A stretch of DNA of 64,000 nucleotides from Anaerolineae bacterium (GCA_016789005.1 JAEURA010000254.1:37837-101836), one strand, 5' to 3'. Positions 8,634-19,032 are shown, numbered from the stretch's first letter. The notes: generated by a model from the sequence alone, not told the origin. Translations and numbers: made by a program.

Positions 8634-9578
8634 ATGGTGGACTGGTCAAAAACCGCATTCCTGTTCCCTGGTCAAGGGTCTCAGGTCGTAGGCATGGGCA
8701 AAGATGCTGCTGAAGCCTACCCGGCGGCTCGGCAGCTGTTCGAGCGCGCGGATGCTTACCTGGGCTTCCCCCTGTCAGCCATGTGCTTCGAAGGTCCCGC
8801 CGAAGTCCTGAACGATACCATCAATACACAGCCGGCACTGTACGTGTGCAGTCTGGCGCTGCTCGCTGCCCTGCGCACTGAACGCCCAGAGGCGACTCCG
8901 CGCGCGGTTGCCGGGCACAGCTTCGGCGAATTCACCGCCCTGGCTGCTGTGGATGCCCTGGACTTCGAAGATGGGCTTCGCCTGGTGAGGGAACGGGGTC
9001 GCCTGATGCAGGAAGCCGGTAAAGCCTCTCCCGGCGCGATGGCGGCGCTCCTGGCGCTCGAAATCGAAGCAGTTCGCGCGCTCTGCGCCCAGGCAGCTGC
9101 TGAGACCAATGGAATCCTGGTGGTCGCTAACGACAACTGTCCCGGTCAAATCGTCATCTCTGGCGAAGACTCAGCGCTGGAACGAGGTCTGGTGCTGGCA
9201 AAGGACGCAGGCGCACGGCGCGCCATCAGGCTGGCAGTGAGCATTGCTGCCCATTCACCGCTGATGGCTCCTGCCGCCGAGTCCTTCGCCGTCGCTATTC
9301 ATGAGACGCGCATCAAGCCGCCCGGCGCACCGGTTTACGCCAACGTCAGCGCCGCGCCGCTGACCGCTGTCGCCGACATCCAGCAGGAGCTGGAAGCGCA
9401 GCTCACACACCCGGTTCGCTGGCGCGAATCGATGAACGCGATGGTCGCCGACGGGTTGGAAGTCTTCGTCGAGATCGGACCAAAAGATGTACTCAGCGGT
9501 CTGATGAAGCGCATCGCCGCCGAGAAAACCACCGTCACGGTGAACAGCATCGACACACTGCGCAGTTTTTTGAACTAA
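8634..9578 (+). CDS. fabD: Malonyl-CoA:ACP transacylase
   Basis: FPGQGSQ, TQPAL, GHSFGE, ANDNCPGQIVISG, AAHSPLM. Confidence 0.96.
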   Translation: MVDWSKTAFLFPGQGSQVVGMGKDAAEAYPAARQLFERADAYLGFPLSAMCFEGPAEVLNDTINTQPALYVCSLALLAALRTERPEATPRAVAGHSFGEFTALAAVDALDFEDGLRLVRERGRLMQEAGKASPGAMAALLALEIEAVRALCAQAAAETNGILVVANDNCPGQIVISGEDSALERGLVLAKDAGARRAIRLAVSIAAHSPLMAPAAESFAVAIHETRIKPPGAPVYANVSAAPLTAVADIQQELEAQLTHPVRWRESMNAMVADGLEVFVEIGPKDVLSGLMKRIAAEKTTVTVNSIDTLRSFLN

Positions 9579-9669
9579 GAATCTTCTTGCGAGCGCGTTC
9601 TTCCCAATTCTTTGGGACTGAACCAGCGATCATTCTTTTCGTTTGCTGCTCGCCTGGAGGAAATAACCC

Positions 9670-10704
9670 ATGAAGTACAGCACAAGAAGCCTGGTTTCCG
9701 TGCTGCTGGTCATCGTGTTGGTGCTGGCGGCATGCCAGCCGGCATCGCCAACGCCGACCGCCACGCCGCTGCCGACTGCGACCGAGCCGGAGCCGACCGT
9801 CGAAGCTACGACTGCCGCTGTCGAGGAAGCGACCGAAGCCGTCGCTGAGGAAACGCCGGTTGAGGCGACCGAGGCGGTTGAAGAAGCGGAGCCAACCGAA
9901 GAAGCTGCTTCCGAGGAAGTGGAGGCAACCGACGAAAGCGCGGCGGGCGCTCTTGCTGCGGAAGCCACCGTTGAAGCAGCCGAAGTGACCGAAGAACCCC
10001 GCGCCGCCGAGGAACCGACTGTCACGTCCGAACCGACCTCGACTGATGTTCCCACCGAGGAGCCGACCGCCACTTCCGAGCCGACTGCCACCGAAGTTCC
10101 CACCGAGGAGCCGACCGCCACTTCCGAGCCGACCGCCACCGAAGTTCCCACCGAGGAACCGACAGCAGTGGCAGAAGTGACAGCCGAAGCAACCGAAGTG
10201 GTGGCTGAAGTGACTGAAGCTGCGGCTGAGGCAACGGAGGAAGCCGCCGAACCAATGACCGTTGCCGAAATCGCAGCGCAGGGTGAGGAATTCACTATCC
10301 TGCTCCAAGCCGTCGAAGCGGCGGGTCTGACCGAAGCCCTCAACGGCAGCGGTCCTCTCACCGTGTTCGCGCCGACGGATGCCGCCTTCGAAGCGCTGCT
10401 GGAGACACTGGACATCAGTGCCGAAGCGCTGCTGGAGCGTGAAGACCTGACCGCTATCCTCCTCTATCATGTGGTGGGTGGCGCAGTGCCTGCTGATACC
10501 CTGCTGGCACTACTGGCGCGTCAGGATGATGGAGCGCTCGATGTTCAGTCGTTGCTGGAAGATCAGGCGCTCGTCTTCACCACCGCTGAAGATGGCAGCA
10601 TCGTCATCAACGGCAGCGCCAAGGTCGTGGTCGCCGATGTGCGCGCCTCCAACGGCGTGGTCCACGTCATCGACACAGTGCTTCTCCCCCCCAGTGCCGA
10701 ATAA
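9670..10704 (+). CDS. Fasciclin (FAS1) domain lipoprotein with long acidic Glu/Thr/Pro/Ala linker
   Basis: Lipobox LAAC; FAS1 motifs TVFAPTDAAF, LLYHVV, NGVVHVIDTVL. Confidence 0.9.
   Translation: MKYSTRSLVSVLLVIVLVLAACQPASPTPTATPLPTATEPEPTVEATTAAVEEATEAVAEETPVEATEAVEEAEPTEEAASEEVEATDESAAGALAAEATVEAAEVTEEPRAAEEPTVTSEPTSTDVPTEEPTATSEPTATEVPTEEPTATSEPTATEVPTEEPTAVAEVTAEATEVVAEVTEAAAEATEEAAEPMTVAEIAAQGEEFTILLQAVEAAGLTEALNGSGPLTVFAPTDAAFEALLETLDISAEALLEREDLTAILLYHVVGGAVPADTLLALLARQDDGALDVQSLLEDQALVFTTAEDGSIVINGSAKVVVADVRASNGVVHVIDTVLLPPSAE
10009..10165 (+). repeat. 48-bp intragenic tandem repeat (EEPTATSEPTATEVPT), about 3.3 copies
   Basis: Units start at 10009 (degenerate), 10057 and 10105 (near-identical), 10153 (partial). 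Confidence 0.9.
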
Positions 10705-10718
10705 GCACCGCACGTCGA

Positions 10719-10752
10719 ACCGGGCAGGCTGAGAGTTATTCAGCCGCCCGGT
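10719..10752. terminator. Imperfect stem-loop between convergent genes
   Basis: ACCGGGC(A)GGCTGA / TCAGCCGCCCGGT with a 7-nt loop. Confidence 0.55.
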
Positions 10753-10769
10753 CTGAATCCTGCGGCAGA

Positions 10770-10808
10770 AAAGATGACGGCGAGCCACTTTGGCTCGCCG
10801 TCATCTTT
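10770..10808. terminator. Perfect 18-bp hairpin, probable bidirectional intrinsic terminator
   Basis: AAAGATGACGGCGAGCCA-CTT-TGGCTCGCCGTCATCTTT, between the convergent FAS1 and BI-1 genes. Confidence 0.8.
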
Positions 10809-10831
10809 CACATCCACCGCACGTCGTCGAG

Positions 10832-11551
10832 CTAGTCGCGACTGCTGCCGAAAAGCCGGAGTAGGAAGATGAACAGGTTCACGAAGTCGAGATAGAGTTC
10901 GAGCGCCATGTAGATGCTCATCTTGGCGACTGCCGAGCCATTCTCCTGAAACTCTGGCGATGCTGCCAGCCGCTTCAGCTTCTGCGTGTCAAAGGCGATC
11001 AGTGCGGTGAAGATCAGGACGCCGACGATGCTGATCAGCCATTCCAGCGCGCCGCTGCCCACGAACATGTTGACCACCATCGCAATCAGCAGTCCGACCA
11101 AGCCGACGAACAGGTAGTTCTGCCAGCGCGTGAGATCGATCTGGGTGGTGAACGCGAATATCGACAGCGCGCCGAACAAGCCCGCGGTCGCCAGGAACGC
11201 TGTCGTGACCGCAGCTTCGGCGTAAACCAGCAGCAGGACCGACAACGTGAAGCCGTTGAGCGCGGCATAGACGATGAACATGACCGCCGCCACACCTGCC
11301 GACAATCGCGGCAGCGCCCACGACAGGGCGATGACCAGGATGAACTCGGCAATGATCGCGCCGAACACGATGCCAGACGAGGCGCGCAGCTGCAGCAGCA
11401 TATCCGTGTTGACCGTCAGGTACGCGACACCCGTGGTGACGACCAGCCCAAGCACCATCCAGATGTACGTCCACTGCATGAGCGGACGCACCTGCTCATA
11501 ACTCACTACCGGGTTATAGTCACGCTTTCGCATGACATCTATAAACGCCAT
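10832..11551 (-). CDS. Bax inhibitor-1/YccA family membrane protein
   Basis: YIWMVLGLVVT, AFDTQKLK, ALELYLDFVNLFIFLLRLFG. Confidence 0.93.
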   Translation of the reverse strand: MAFIDVMRKRDYNPVVSYEQVRPLMQWTYIWMVLGLVVTTGVAYLTVNTDMLLQLRASSGIVFGAIIAEFILVIALSWALPRLSAGVAAVMFIVYAALNGFTLSVLLLVYAEAAVTTAFLATAGLFGALSIFAFTTQIDLTRWQNYLFVGLVGLLIAMVVNMFVGSGALEWLISIVGVLIFTALIAFDTQKLKRLAASPEFQENGSAVAKMSIYMALELYLDFVNLFIFLLRLFGSSRD

Positions 11552-11645
11552 AACGTCATCTCCTCATTACCAGTCTCAACGCATGTCGTAATCCATCATA
11601 CGATGAAACCGGTATGCCGAAGCGACTCCCTTTTTTGAGGGGTTT

Positions 11646-13010
11646 CTATCTGCCCGCCTTCATAGCGTTCAGACCTTCGAACAGGCGCTGCACCGCTCCG
11701 GCGGTCTTCTCCGGCGATTGCGCGTAAGAAAAGCGAATCCAGTTGGCGCCTGGCTCAGAGAAGTACACGCCGGCGACGATGGCGAGACCGTGTTCTCCAG
11801 CGAGATAGGTCAGCACATCCTCGGAATCCTTTTTGCCCGCAGCCTGGATATATGACGTGCAGTCGATGAAGGCGTAGTAGCCATCGCCCATGATGTGACG
11901 GATGCCTGACGCCGCCAGCGCGTCGCGGAGGATTCGGCGGCTGTGGCGGGTCGGCTCGATAATCGTGGCGGCGGCACGTTCAAAACCCATCTCGTAAGCA
12001 GCGATAGCCACCGCCTGCGAATAATAGGCGGGGATAACGCCATGCGATGCCTGCGCAACGATGAAATCGGCGACTGCCCTACCCACCACCAGATGCGCGC
12101 TGCGGACGTTCGACGCACCGAGGCTCTTGGTCAAGCCGTCCAGGAAGATCAACCGCTCGCGCTCTTCCGGGGTGAATGCCTGGAGCATGGCGTTGATGTC
12201 CGAATGCCCACCATCGGTGACCCAGTGATAGATCCAGTCGAAGAGGACGAACGGGAAGCCAGCCTCCAGCGCCGCCTTGCCCAGTTCAATCTGCTCTTCA
12301 ATCGGGATCGTCCGTCCAGTCGGGTTATCCGGCGAGGTGATCACCAACCCGGCGAGCTTGCGCCCCTCGGCGGCGGCGAAAGCGGCAGTCGCTCGAATCG
12401 AGTCCGGCGTAAAGCGCCAGCCTTCTGCCGCGTCGCCGGGCGCGAGCAGGACGTTTGCCCCGACGTTATACGGACCCCAGTTGTAGCTGATCCAGGGCAC
12501 ACGCGAGACGACCACCAGGCTGCCAATCTCCTTTGGACCCAGGGCGATCATCGCGCTGTAGGCTTTTTGCAGTCCGTCACGCCCGCCCTGAACAAAGACG
12601 ATGTTGTTCGGTCCCCAGCCGCTCGCCGCGTCGAACTGCCAGTACAGCTCTGCCGCCGCCTTGCGGAACTGCACGGTCCCGAACGGCTGATCGTATGCCG
12701 AGCCATGCTCGATTTGCAGCGCCAGTGCCCGTTCCAGGATTTCGCGCGGAACGCCGGGCAGACTTGCGCCGCCGTCTCCCTGCGAGGCATCAAATGTCAC
12801 TGCATCCGCACCGTACTTTTCACGATACCCCTTCAGCGCCTCGCGAATCAGAAACATGCGCGACGGGGGCGTCTGTGCCATCTGGGCGGGATAGCCATTC
12901 ACCGGAACGCGCTTCTCCGACGGCACGACATAAAGTGGAGTGTCATTGTTTATTTGCGCCAACAGATTAAGCTCCTTACGATCAGCCTCAATACGGACTC
13001 GCCCAGACAT
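11646..13010 (-). CDS. PLP-dependent aminotransferase class I/II (true start probably TTG at 12962)
   Basis: TSPDNPTG, DWIY, DGLTKSLG (PLP lysine), WIRFSYA; AAGGAG RBS precedes TTG at 12962. Confidence 0.85.
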   Translation of the reverse strand: MSGRVRIEADRKELNLLAQINNDTPLYVVPSEKRVPVNGYPAQMAQTPPSRMFLIREALKGYREKYGADAVTFDASQGDGGASLPGVPREILERALALQIEHGSAYDQPFGTVQFRKAAAELYWQFDAASGWGPNNIVFVQGGRDGLQKAYSAMIALGPKEIGSLVVVSRVPWISYNWGPYNVGANVLLAPGDAAEGWRFTPDSIRATAAFAAAEGRKLAGLVITSPDNPTGRTIPIEEQIELGKAALEAGFPFVLFDWIYHWVTDGGHSDINAMLQAFTPEERERLIFLDGLTKSLGASNVRSAHLVVGRAVADFIVAQASHGVIPAYYSQAVAIAAYEMGFERAAATIIEPTRHSRRILRDALAASGIRHIMGDGYYAFIDCTSYIQAAGKKDSEDVLTYLAGEHGLAIVAGVYFSEPGANWIRFSYAQSPEKTAGAVQRLFEGLNAMKAGR

Positions 13011-13168
13011 CCACCGACCGGGGTCGCGAAGACAGGGACGTTAACGAAAATCCAGGATGATTGTGCCAAATCTCGCCCCGGTTTCCATATGACGATGCGC
13101 CAAGGCGTGTCGTGCAGATCGTACACACCGGCTGGTGCGCCACACATGCCTCTTTGCGTCGCATGTCC

Positions 13169-14122
13169 TCACCGAAGGGATGACATTCCGACCCGCGCCC
13201 GGCATTCATCCAGCACATCCTTCAGGGTTTGCCGCAGATCGATCTCTGGCTGCCAACCCGTCAGGCGCTGCAAACTGCCGGCGTCACCCCAGGTGCGGGG
13301 CTGGCTGTTGGGGCGAAAACGGGCGGGATCCACCTCCTGACTGATACGAACAGTGGACAGCGCCATCAGCGTGTCGAGGATCGCCTGAATCGTGGTCACT
13401 TTTCCGCTGGCGACGTTGTAGACCTGCCCCGGTTCGCCGTGCGCCATGATCAAGACGTAGGCGCGAACCACATCGCGAACATCCAGAAAGTCGCGTTCCG
13501 CCGACAGATTCCCCACCCGCATCACCGGCGGCTGAAGCCCGGCTTCTATTCGGGCAATCTGCGTGGCGAAATCTGGCACCACGAACCCCGTCCGCTGTCC
13601 AGGACCGAAGTGATTGAACGGGCGGGCGCGCAGAAAGGGTATGCCATGACTGCGGAAGTACTGTATCGCCAGCATCTCCTGGGCGATCTTGCTGACTCCG
13701 TAGGGATTGGAAGGAAAAAGGGCCGTCGTTTCCGAGAAGGGCGTCTCGGCGGCGGCTCCGGCATCATAGACCTCTCCAGAGCTGACGACCAGGATGCGGG
13801 GGCTGATCCCGGCATCCAACGCCGCCAGAGTCAGGTTCAGCTGGGGGCGCAGATTGTGTTCGAGGGTGTCCCAGGGTGAATCGAGCGATTGACGGACGTT
13901 TGCCTGTCCGGCGAGGTGGTAAATCTGATCGGGACGGATCTCGCCGATCAGGCGGCGGACTTCTGTTTCATCACGAAGGTCCAGGACGTGCGCTGCTACC
14001 AGGGGATCGTCTATCGGGGCGATATAGACCCCATGCAGATCGGCATTCGGGTGATGGCTTCGAAGTATCTCGACGAGATGCCCGCCGACGAAACCCCCTA
14101 CACCGGTGATAAGAATGCGCAC
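13169..14122 (-). CDS. NAD-dependent epimerase/dehydratase, GDP-mannose 4,6-dehydratase/Rmd-like
   Basis: ITGVGGFVG, YHLAGQA, YGVSK, RPFNHFGPGQ, RDFLDVRDVVRAY. Confidence 0.88.
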   Translation of the reverse strand: MRILITGVGGFVGGHLVEILRSHHPNADLHGVYIAPIDDPLVAAHVLDLRDETEVRRLIGEIRPDQIYHLAGQANVRQSLDSPWDTLEHNLRPQLNLTLAALDAGISPRILVVSSGEVYDAGAAAETPFSETTALFPSNPYGVSKIAQEMLAIQYFRSHGIPFLRARPFNHFGPGQRTGFVVPDFATQIARIEAGLQPPVMRVGNLSAERDFLDVRDVVRAYVLIMAHGEPGQVYNVASGKVTTIQAILDTLMALSTVRISQEVDPARFRPNSQPRTWGDAGSLQRLTGWQPEIDLRQTLKDVLDECRARVGMSSLR

Positions 14123-14187
14123 AGATCACCCCTTGATCGCACTATGCTCGTCGCCTGGGCGATTATAAGGGGCTTCGCCCGCTGCCG

Positions 14188-15396
14188 CTAATCCTTGTCG
14201 GCATAGTAGACTCGACCATGCAGCGCGTCAGGCAAAAGAGAACCATCGTCGTCCTGCTCGGCTTTGCCATAGCCCAGGGATTTCATCAGCGCCGTCGGGG
14301 CGTTGCGCAGCTTCATTGGTATCGGCAGTTCGCCGTGCCGATCCACATCCTCCAGCGCCGCGAAATAGGCGTCGCACGAGGCACGGCTCTTGGGCGCTTT
14401 CGCCAGATAGACTGCTCCATGTGCCAGGTTGATCTGGCATTCGGGATAGCCGATCGTCTCGACAGCGCGAAAGACAGCGTTAGCAACCGTCAGTGCGTTG
14501 GCATCTGCCATGCCGACATCTTCGCTGGCGAAGATGACCATCCGCCGCGCGATGAACTTCGGGTCTTCGCCCGCATGGACCATCCGCGCCAGATAATGCA
14601 GCGCGGCATTCGGGTCGCTGGCACGCATGCTCTTGATGAAGGCGCTGATGGTGTTGTAGTGTTCTTCCGCCTGCTTGTCATAACGCAGAAAGCGCGATTG
14701 CAGTGCGTTCTTGAGGTTCTCGATGCTGACTGCCCCGTCGTAGAGCGTCGCCGTCGTCTCCAGCAGGTTGAGCGCCTGGCGCGCGTCGCCCGACGACATG
14801 CGAATCAGGAATTCTTCGGCGTCAGCGTCGAGGCTTACGTTCAGCACTGCTGCACCGCGCTCGATGATCTGGTGAACTTCGTCCTCGTTCAGCGGACTGA
14901 GGACGAACACGCGCGAACGTGAAAGCAGCGCCGCGATCACTTCGAAAGATGGGTTTTCGGTCGTCGCGCCGATGAGAACGATGGTCCCTGCTTCAACATG
15001 CGGCAGCAGAAAGTCCTGCTGCGCTTTGTTGAAGCGGTGAATCTCATCGAGAAAGAGGATGGGCGCTGTTCGTTCCTGTTTGGGCTGATTCAAGCTGAAC
15101 AGATCGCGAACCGGCTCTTCGCTCGCCAGAGCGATCACTCGGCGCATCTCGTCCTTGCCTGCCGAAACCGCAGAAAGCTCGAAGAATTCGCGACCAGTGC
15201 CATGCGCAATGATGCGCGCCAGTGTGGTCTTGCCGACGCCAGGCGGTCCCCACAAAATCATCGACCCAGGACGATTCGATTCGATCATCTTGCGAATGGG
15301 CTTGTTGGGACCGACCAGGTGCGCCTGCCCGATGAACTCGTCGAGCGTCTGCGGACGAATGCGGTCCGCCAATGGGCTGCGCGCAGCATCAGCCAT
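14188..15396 (-). CDS. rarA: Replication-associated recombination protein A
   Basis: [59 protein letters not shown]. Confidence 0.95.
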   Translation of the reverse strand: MADAARSPLADRIRPQTLDEFIGQAHLVGPNKPIRKMIESNRPGSMILWGPPGVGKTTLARIIAHGTGREFFELSAVSAGKDEMRRVIALASEEPVRDLFSLNQPKQERTAPILFLDEIHRFNKAQQDFLLPHVEAGTIVLIGATTENPSFEVIAALLSRSRVFVLSPLNEDEVHQIIERGAAVLNVSLDADAEEFLIRMSSGDARQALNLLETTATLYDGAVSIENLKNALQSRFLRYDKQAEEHYNTISAFIKSMRASDPNAALHYLARMVHAGEDPKFIARRMVIFASEDVGMADANALTVANAVFRAVETIGYPECQINLAHGAVYLAKAPKSRASCDAYFAALEDVDRHGELPIPMKLRNAPTALMKSLGYGKAEQDDDGSLLPDALHGRVYYADKD

Positions 15397-15413
15397 AAAG
15401 ATGACTCCTGACG

Positions 15414-17573
15414 TTAGGAACCCGACGGTGAGCGTGTGTCCGAAAACACGCGATGGTCGATGACGCCGTCTTCGGCAAAGGCGATGGAGCCTCCGGCGCG
15501 GGCGAATACCGGAATTCGCTCCAGCGGGGCGTCAACCACCACTTCCTGTCCCCCATCATAGACCGCTTCGCTGTAGAAATCGACCCAGACCGATCCGTGC
15601 CCCCCTGCCGGTAGATACACCCGCCGCGAAATCATCCCCGGTTCCAGCACCGGGGCGATCAGCATATCGCCGCCCAGCATGAAATCGAAGGATTCGCCCC
15701 GGCAGCGGGCATCCTCGGCATAGTGATAGACCAGCGGACGCAGAATCGGGTGTCCAGTTTCATGCGCTTCACGCATCAGCGCGGCAAGATGCGGCTTCAG
15801 GCGATAACGTAGCTTGATCGCCTCGCGGATGAGCGGCAGAACGGAGGGGTGCATCCAGGGTTCGTTGACGGTCCCATCAGTATTCCACGAGTGAATGGCG
15901 AATCTGGGGAAGAAGATGCCTGCCTGCACCCAGCGCACAAACAGTTCCGGGTCGGGGGCAGGACCGAAGAACCCGCCAACGTCATGCCCGGTGTTCGGCA
16001 CGCCAGACAGGCTCAAGCCCAGCCCCATCGGCATATTCCAGCGCAGCGTCTCCCAGGATGTGAAGTTATCGCCCGACCAGGTCTGCGCATAGCGCTGAAT
16101 GCCCGGCACGCCGGCGCGGCTCAGCACGAACGGCTTGCGATGCGGATAAAATTCGCGCAGCGCCTCGCAGGATGCGCGTCCCATAAGAAGGGTTTGCAAG
16201 CCGCGTCCCCCCAGTCCAATGCGAAACGGCGCGCCGAAGCCATCGCAGGTAGCGTCGTCGTCATCCATCTCAAACTCGTTGTTGTCGTTCCAGATCGCGT
16301 CCATCCCATAGGAGAGGAGATGCGTCTTGATCTGCGCTTTCCACCACTCGTAGGTCTGCGGATCGGTGAAATCCAGCAGCGCGCCGTCCTCGACTTCGTA
16401 CAGTCCGCCACTCCAGAAAGGATGGCTGGCAGGGTCGCCGCTCTCCGGGTCGCTGATGAACCCGCCCCGTTCAGCGACTTCAGCGTAGCGTGGGTGCGAC
16501 CTCAAGAGGTGGGGCTTGATGTTAGGGGCAACCTGGATTCCGGCATCATGGAATGTTTGTACCATCTTGGCAGGATCGGGTACCCGCTCATGATTCCAGT
16601 TGAAGACGTAGCGTTTCCCGCTGCTTCCGGTGGTATACCCCGACGACATGTGAAATAAGTCGCACGGGATGTCGTGCTCTCGGCAAAGTTGAGCGAACTT
16701 GGCGAGCTGTGCCTGGGCGTCGGGTGCTTCGGTGTAGGTCATGGTCGAACCAAGATAGCCGAGCGCCGACTCGGGCAGGAGCGCCGGGCGTCCGGTCAGC
16801 CAGGTGTACTGCTCGATCACCCGCTCGATACTCGGACCATAGATCAGGTAGTAATCGAGATCGCCATCCTCTGCCTGATAGTAGTGAAATGCCGATCCAA
16901 ACGTACCGTTCAGTTCCCGTCCCATGTCGAACGTTGTGGCAGCAAGGTTGTCGTAGAAGAGACCGTATGCCAGGTGTTGGTCGGGCAGATAGGTGATGTA
17001 AAACGGGATGTGTTTGTAGAGCGGTTCGGTCGTCCGTGCATCGTATACCGCCGCATCGACGTTCGACATACGGATGCGCGACTGACGTTTGTCCAGCGCA
17101 CCGGCAACCTCTCCAAACCCATAGTAGTGTTCATCGGGACGCTGCTTCATGTAGTGATAGATCGAACGCCCCGCGCGATCATACACAAGGGCGCGCTGCG
17201 GCAGGTCAGCGGCGAACTCCGCGCCGCTGCGCCGGTCGATCCAGGTCAGCGCGCCGGTCCGCAGGTCAAGCGCCACGTCAATCTTCTCAGTCCTCAGTCG
17301 GCACACTGCCGACGAAGTCTCGACCTCCGCCGCCAGCGGATCGTAGCCTGCCCGATCCTCTCGCCGCCGCCCTTCGAGCGGCGTATCTGCCTCTCCGGCG
17401 ACAATCGACCAGGTGCGATCCAGGCGGTAGCGCCCTTCCGGCAGATGTTCGACACGAACGAGAGTCGATGTCAGCGCCGAAACTCGCAGATGCTCCCCTC
17501 GCACCCCTCGAAGCGTGAATCCGCTGTCCGTCTGGGACTCGCTGTGAAACGGCGCAGGGTTGGTCAGTCTCAT
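15414..17573 (-). CDS. Glycoside hydrolase family 31 (alpha-glucosidase-like)
   Basis: PLYKHIPF, WNDNNE nucleophile motif, WSGDN, GHDVGGF, RWVQAGIFFPRF; start taken at the second Met. Confidence 0.92.
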   Translation of the reverse strand: MRLTNPAPFHSESQTDSGFTLRGVRGEHLRVSALTSTLVRVEHLPEGRYRLDRTWSIVAGEADTPLEGRRREDRAGYDPLAAEVETSSAVCRLRTEKIDVALDLRTGALTWIDRRSGAEFAADLPQRALVYDRAGRSIYHYMKQRPDEHYYGFGEVAGALDKRQSRIRMSNVDAAVYDARTTEPLYKHIPFYITYLPDQHLAYGLFYDNLAATTFDMGRELNGTFGSAFHYYQAEDGDLDYYLIYGPSIERVIEQYTWLTGRPALLPESALGYLGSTMTYTEAPDAQAQLAKFAQLCREHDIPCDLFHMSSGYTTGSSGKRYVFNWNHERVPDPAKMVQTFHDAGIQVAPNIKPHLLRSHPRYAEVAERGGFISDPESGDPASHPFWSGGLYEVEDGALLDFTDPQTYEWWKAQIKTHLLSYGMDAIWNDNNEFEMDDDDATCDGFGAPFRIGLGGRGLQTLLMGRASCEALREFYPHRKPFVLSRAGVPGIQRYAQTWSGDNFTSWETLRWNMPMGLGLSLSGVPNTGHDVGGFFGPAPDPELFVRWVQAGIFFPRFAIHSWNTDGTVNEPWMHPSVLPLIREAIKLRYRLKPHLAALMREAHETGHPILRPLVYHYAEDARCRGESFDFMLGGDMLIAPVLEPGMISRRVYLPAGGHGSVWVDFYSEAVYDGGQEVVVDAPLERIPVFARAGGSIAFAEDGVIDHRVFSDTRSPSGS

Positions 17574-17690
17574 GCTCGACTCGTCCTTGGTGGGAATACC
17601 AGGCTGCACTTGTCCGCCGAATTATAGCCGGGATCAGCGACGCCCGGAACGTCAAGCAGGTGATCCAGCACAGCGGCGATGATGTGCACC

Positions 17691-18767
17691 CTATCGGTAC
17701 GAGCCGTACTGCCGCGCAGCCTCGTACAGCGCCAGCACATTCTCGACCGGCGTTTCGACCAACACGTAGTCGTGACTGGGCGAAGCGACGTAGCCGCCGC
17801 CCGGTTTCATGATGTCCAGGACCCGGCGCGTCTCTGCGCGAACCGCATCCGGCGTCCCTTCGATGATCAACTGAGTGTCAATGGCTCCGATCATGACGAT
17901 CTTGCCGCCGAATGCCGACTTGAGCGTCGCCGGGTCCATGCCGCGACAGTTGGGCTGCAATGCCTGAAGCCCGTCGATCCCCGCCTCGATCATTGCCGGG
18001 ATCAACGGCGCAAACCCACCGCAGCAGTGCAGCAGCACCTTCAGGTTGAAGTCATGACCGAGATCGATCAGGCGCTTCAGGGGAGGAACCAGAAATCTTC
18101 GGAACAAGGCATCACCAAGCAGGGGACCAGTCTGTGATCCAAAATCGTTGCCGATGAAGAAGATGTCGATCAGGTCCGCCGCTTCCTCGAAGATGCGAGC
18201 GCTCACCGCTTCGTAGTAATCCAGCAGGTGTTCAAACAGCGCGTCAACCAGTTCTGGCGCGTCGAACATCTTGATCATCAGGGTGTCCATGCCGATCAGA
18301 TCGATGGCATCATGCCAGAATGGCGACCATTCGCCGCCCAGAATTGCGTAGTGGTTGCTGTGGGGAAGCGCCTGGGCGCGAAGATCTGTCACGTCGATCC
18401 AACGCGGATCGGGCCAGGCATACCCATGTATCTCGTCCAGCGTCGTCGCCTCTGCCAGGGGATGAGAGACGGGCTGTCCGCCTTCGTAGCCATGCCGCAG
18501 AATGCCGAACGGCGACCGGAACGTAACGCCCGGCGGCAGATTAGCATAAGGCGCGGCGGACTCTGGTCCGGCGAATCGCGCTGTAATGCGGCGAAAGTCA
18601 TCGCCCACCAGCACCGACAGGCTTTCCTCATCCGCCAAGCCAAGCTGTTTGACCGCCTTCTCTCGGAAGCGCGGCGACGCGCCCAACCAGACCGGCACAC
18701 GATCCGGTTCCTGAAAGGCAAAGGTGGTCAGAACCCTTTCTTTCGAATTCATCACACTTGTCTCCAA
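17691..18767 (-). CDS. Uroporphyrinogen decarboxylase / MtaA-CmuA superfamily protein
   Basis: EPDRVP, GNDFGSQTGPL, LHCCG, GIDGLQALQP, GAIDTQ, GGGYVAS. Confidence 0.85.
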   Translation of the reverse strand: METSVMNSKERVLTTFAFQEPDRVPVWLGASPRFREKAVKQLGLADEESLSVLVGDDFRRITARFAGPESAAPYANLPPGVTFRSPFGILRHGYEGGQPVSHPLAEATTLDEIHGYAWPDPRWIDVTDLRAQALPHSNHYAILGGEWSPFWHDAIDLIGMDTLMIKMFDAPELVDALFEHLLDYYEAVSARIFEEAADLIDIFFIGNDFGSQTGPLLGDALFRRFLVPPLKRLIDLGHDFNLKVLLHCCGGFAPLIPAMIEAGIDGLQALQPNCRGMDPATLKSAFGGKIVMIGAIDTQLIIEGTPDAVRAETRRVLDIMKPGGGYVASPSHDYVLVETPVENVLALYEAARQYGSYR

Positions 18768-19032
18768 ATCGTGCGCACTCTATTCGGGGAGAGCATACCG
18801 CAAACGCCGCCGCAGCTCACGTCCTTTTCCGTGTGATCCACACCGTCAGGATCGTCATCATCGATAATATGCGCCTTTTGTCGTTTGCTGCTATCCTCTG
18901 TCTCGTGCATCGGCGCGTCGTGTGGGCGAACCTGTCTACGCCTTTGTGACCAGACGCGACTCTGCACCATTCGACCAAACCGATGTCGTCGCGGATCGGT
19001 TCGACTGCGAGTCAACTGTCACGGAGCGTTTC

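Noticed and set aside
10009-10165. Regularly spaced repeats as a CRISPR array
   Set aside because: In-frame coding tandem repeat without unique spacers; no cas genes.
11943-13340. 465-aa plus-strand ORF, and similar long ORFs such as 5012..5998, 9535..10470, 16674..17627, 35966..37279
   Set aside because: Antisense to well-supported genes, with no motifs; typical of high-GC codon bias.
15414-17573. GH31 as the sulfoquinovosidase for the 30-38.8 kb operon
   Set aside because: The nucleophile motif WNDNNE is alpha-glucosidase-like rather than the YihQ-type MADFGE, and the gene is more than 12 kb away.
18752-18910. Possible 52-aa acidic peptide with CGGVCG upstream of the URO-D-like gene
   Set aside because: No RBS, no recognisable family, and it overlaps the downstream start; more likely promoter or intergenic DNA.
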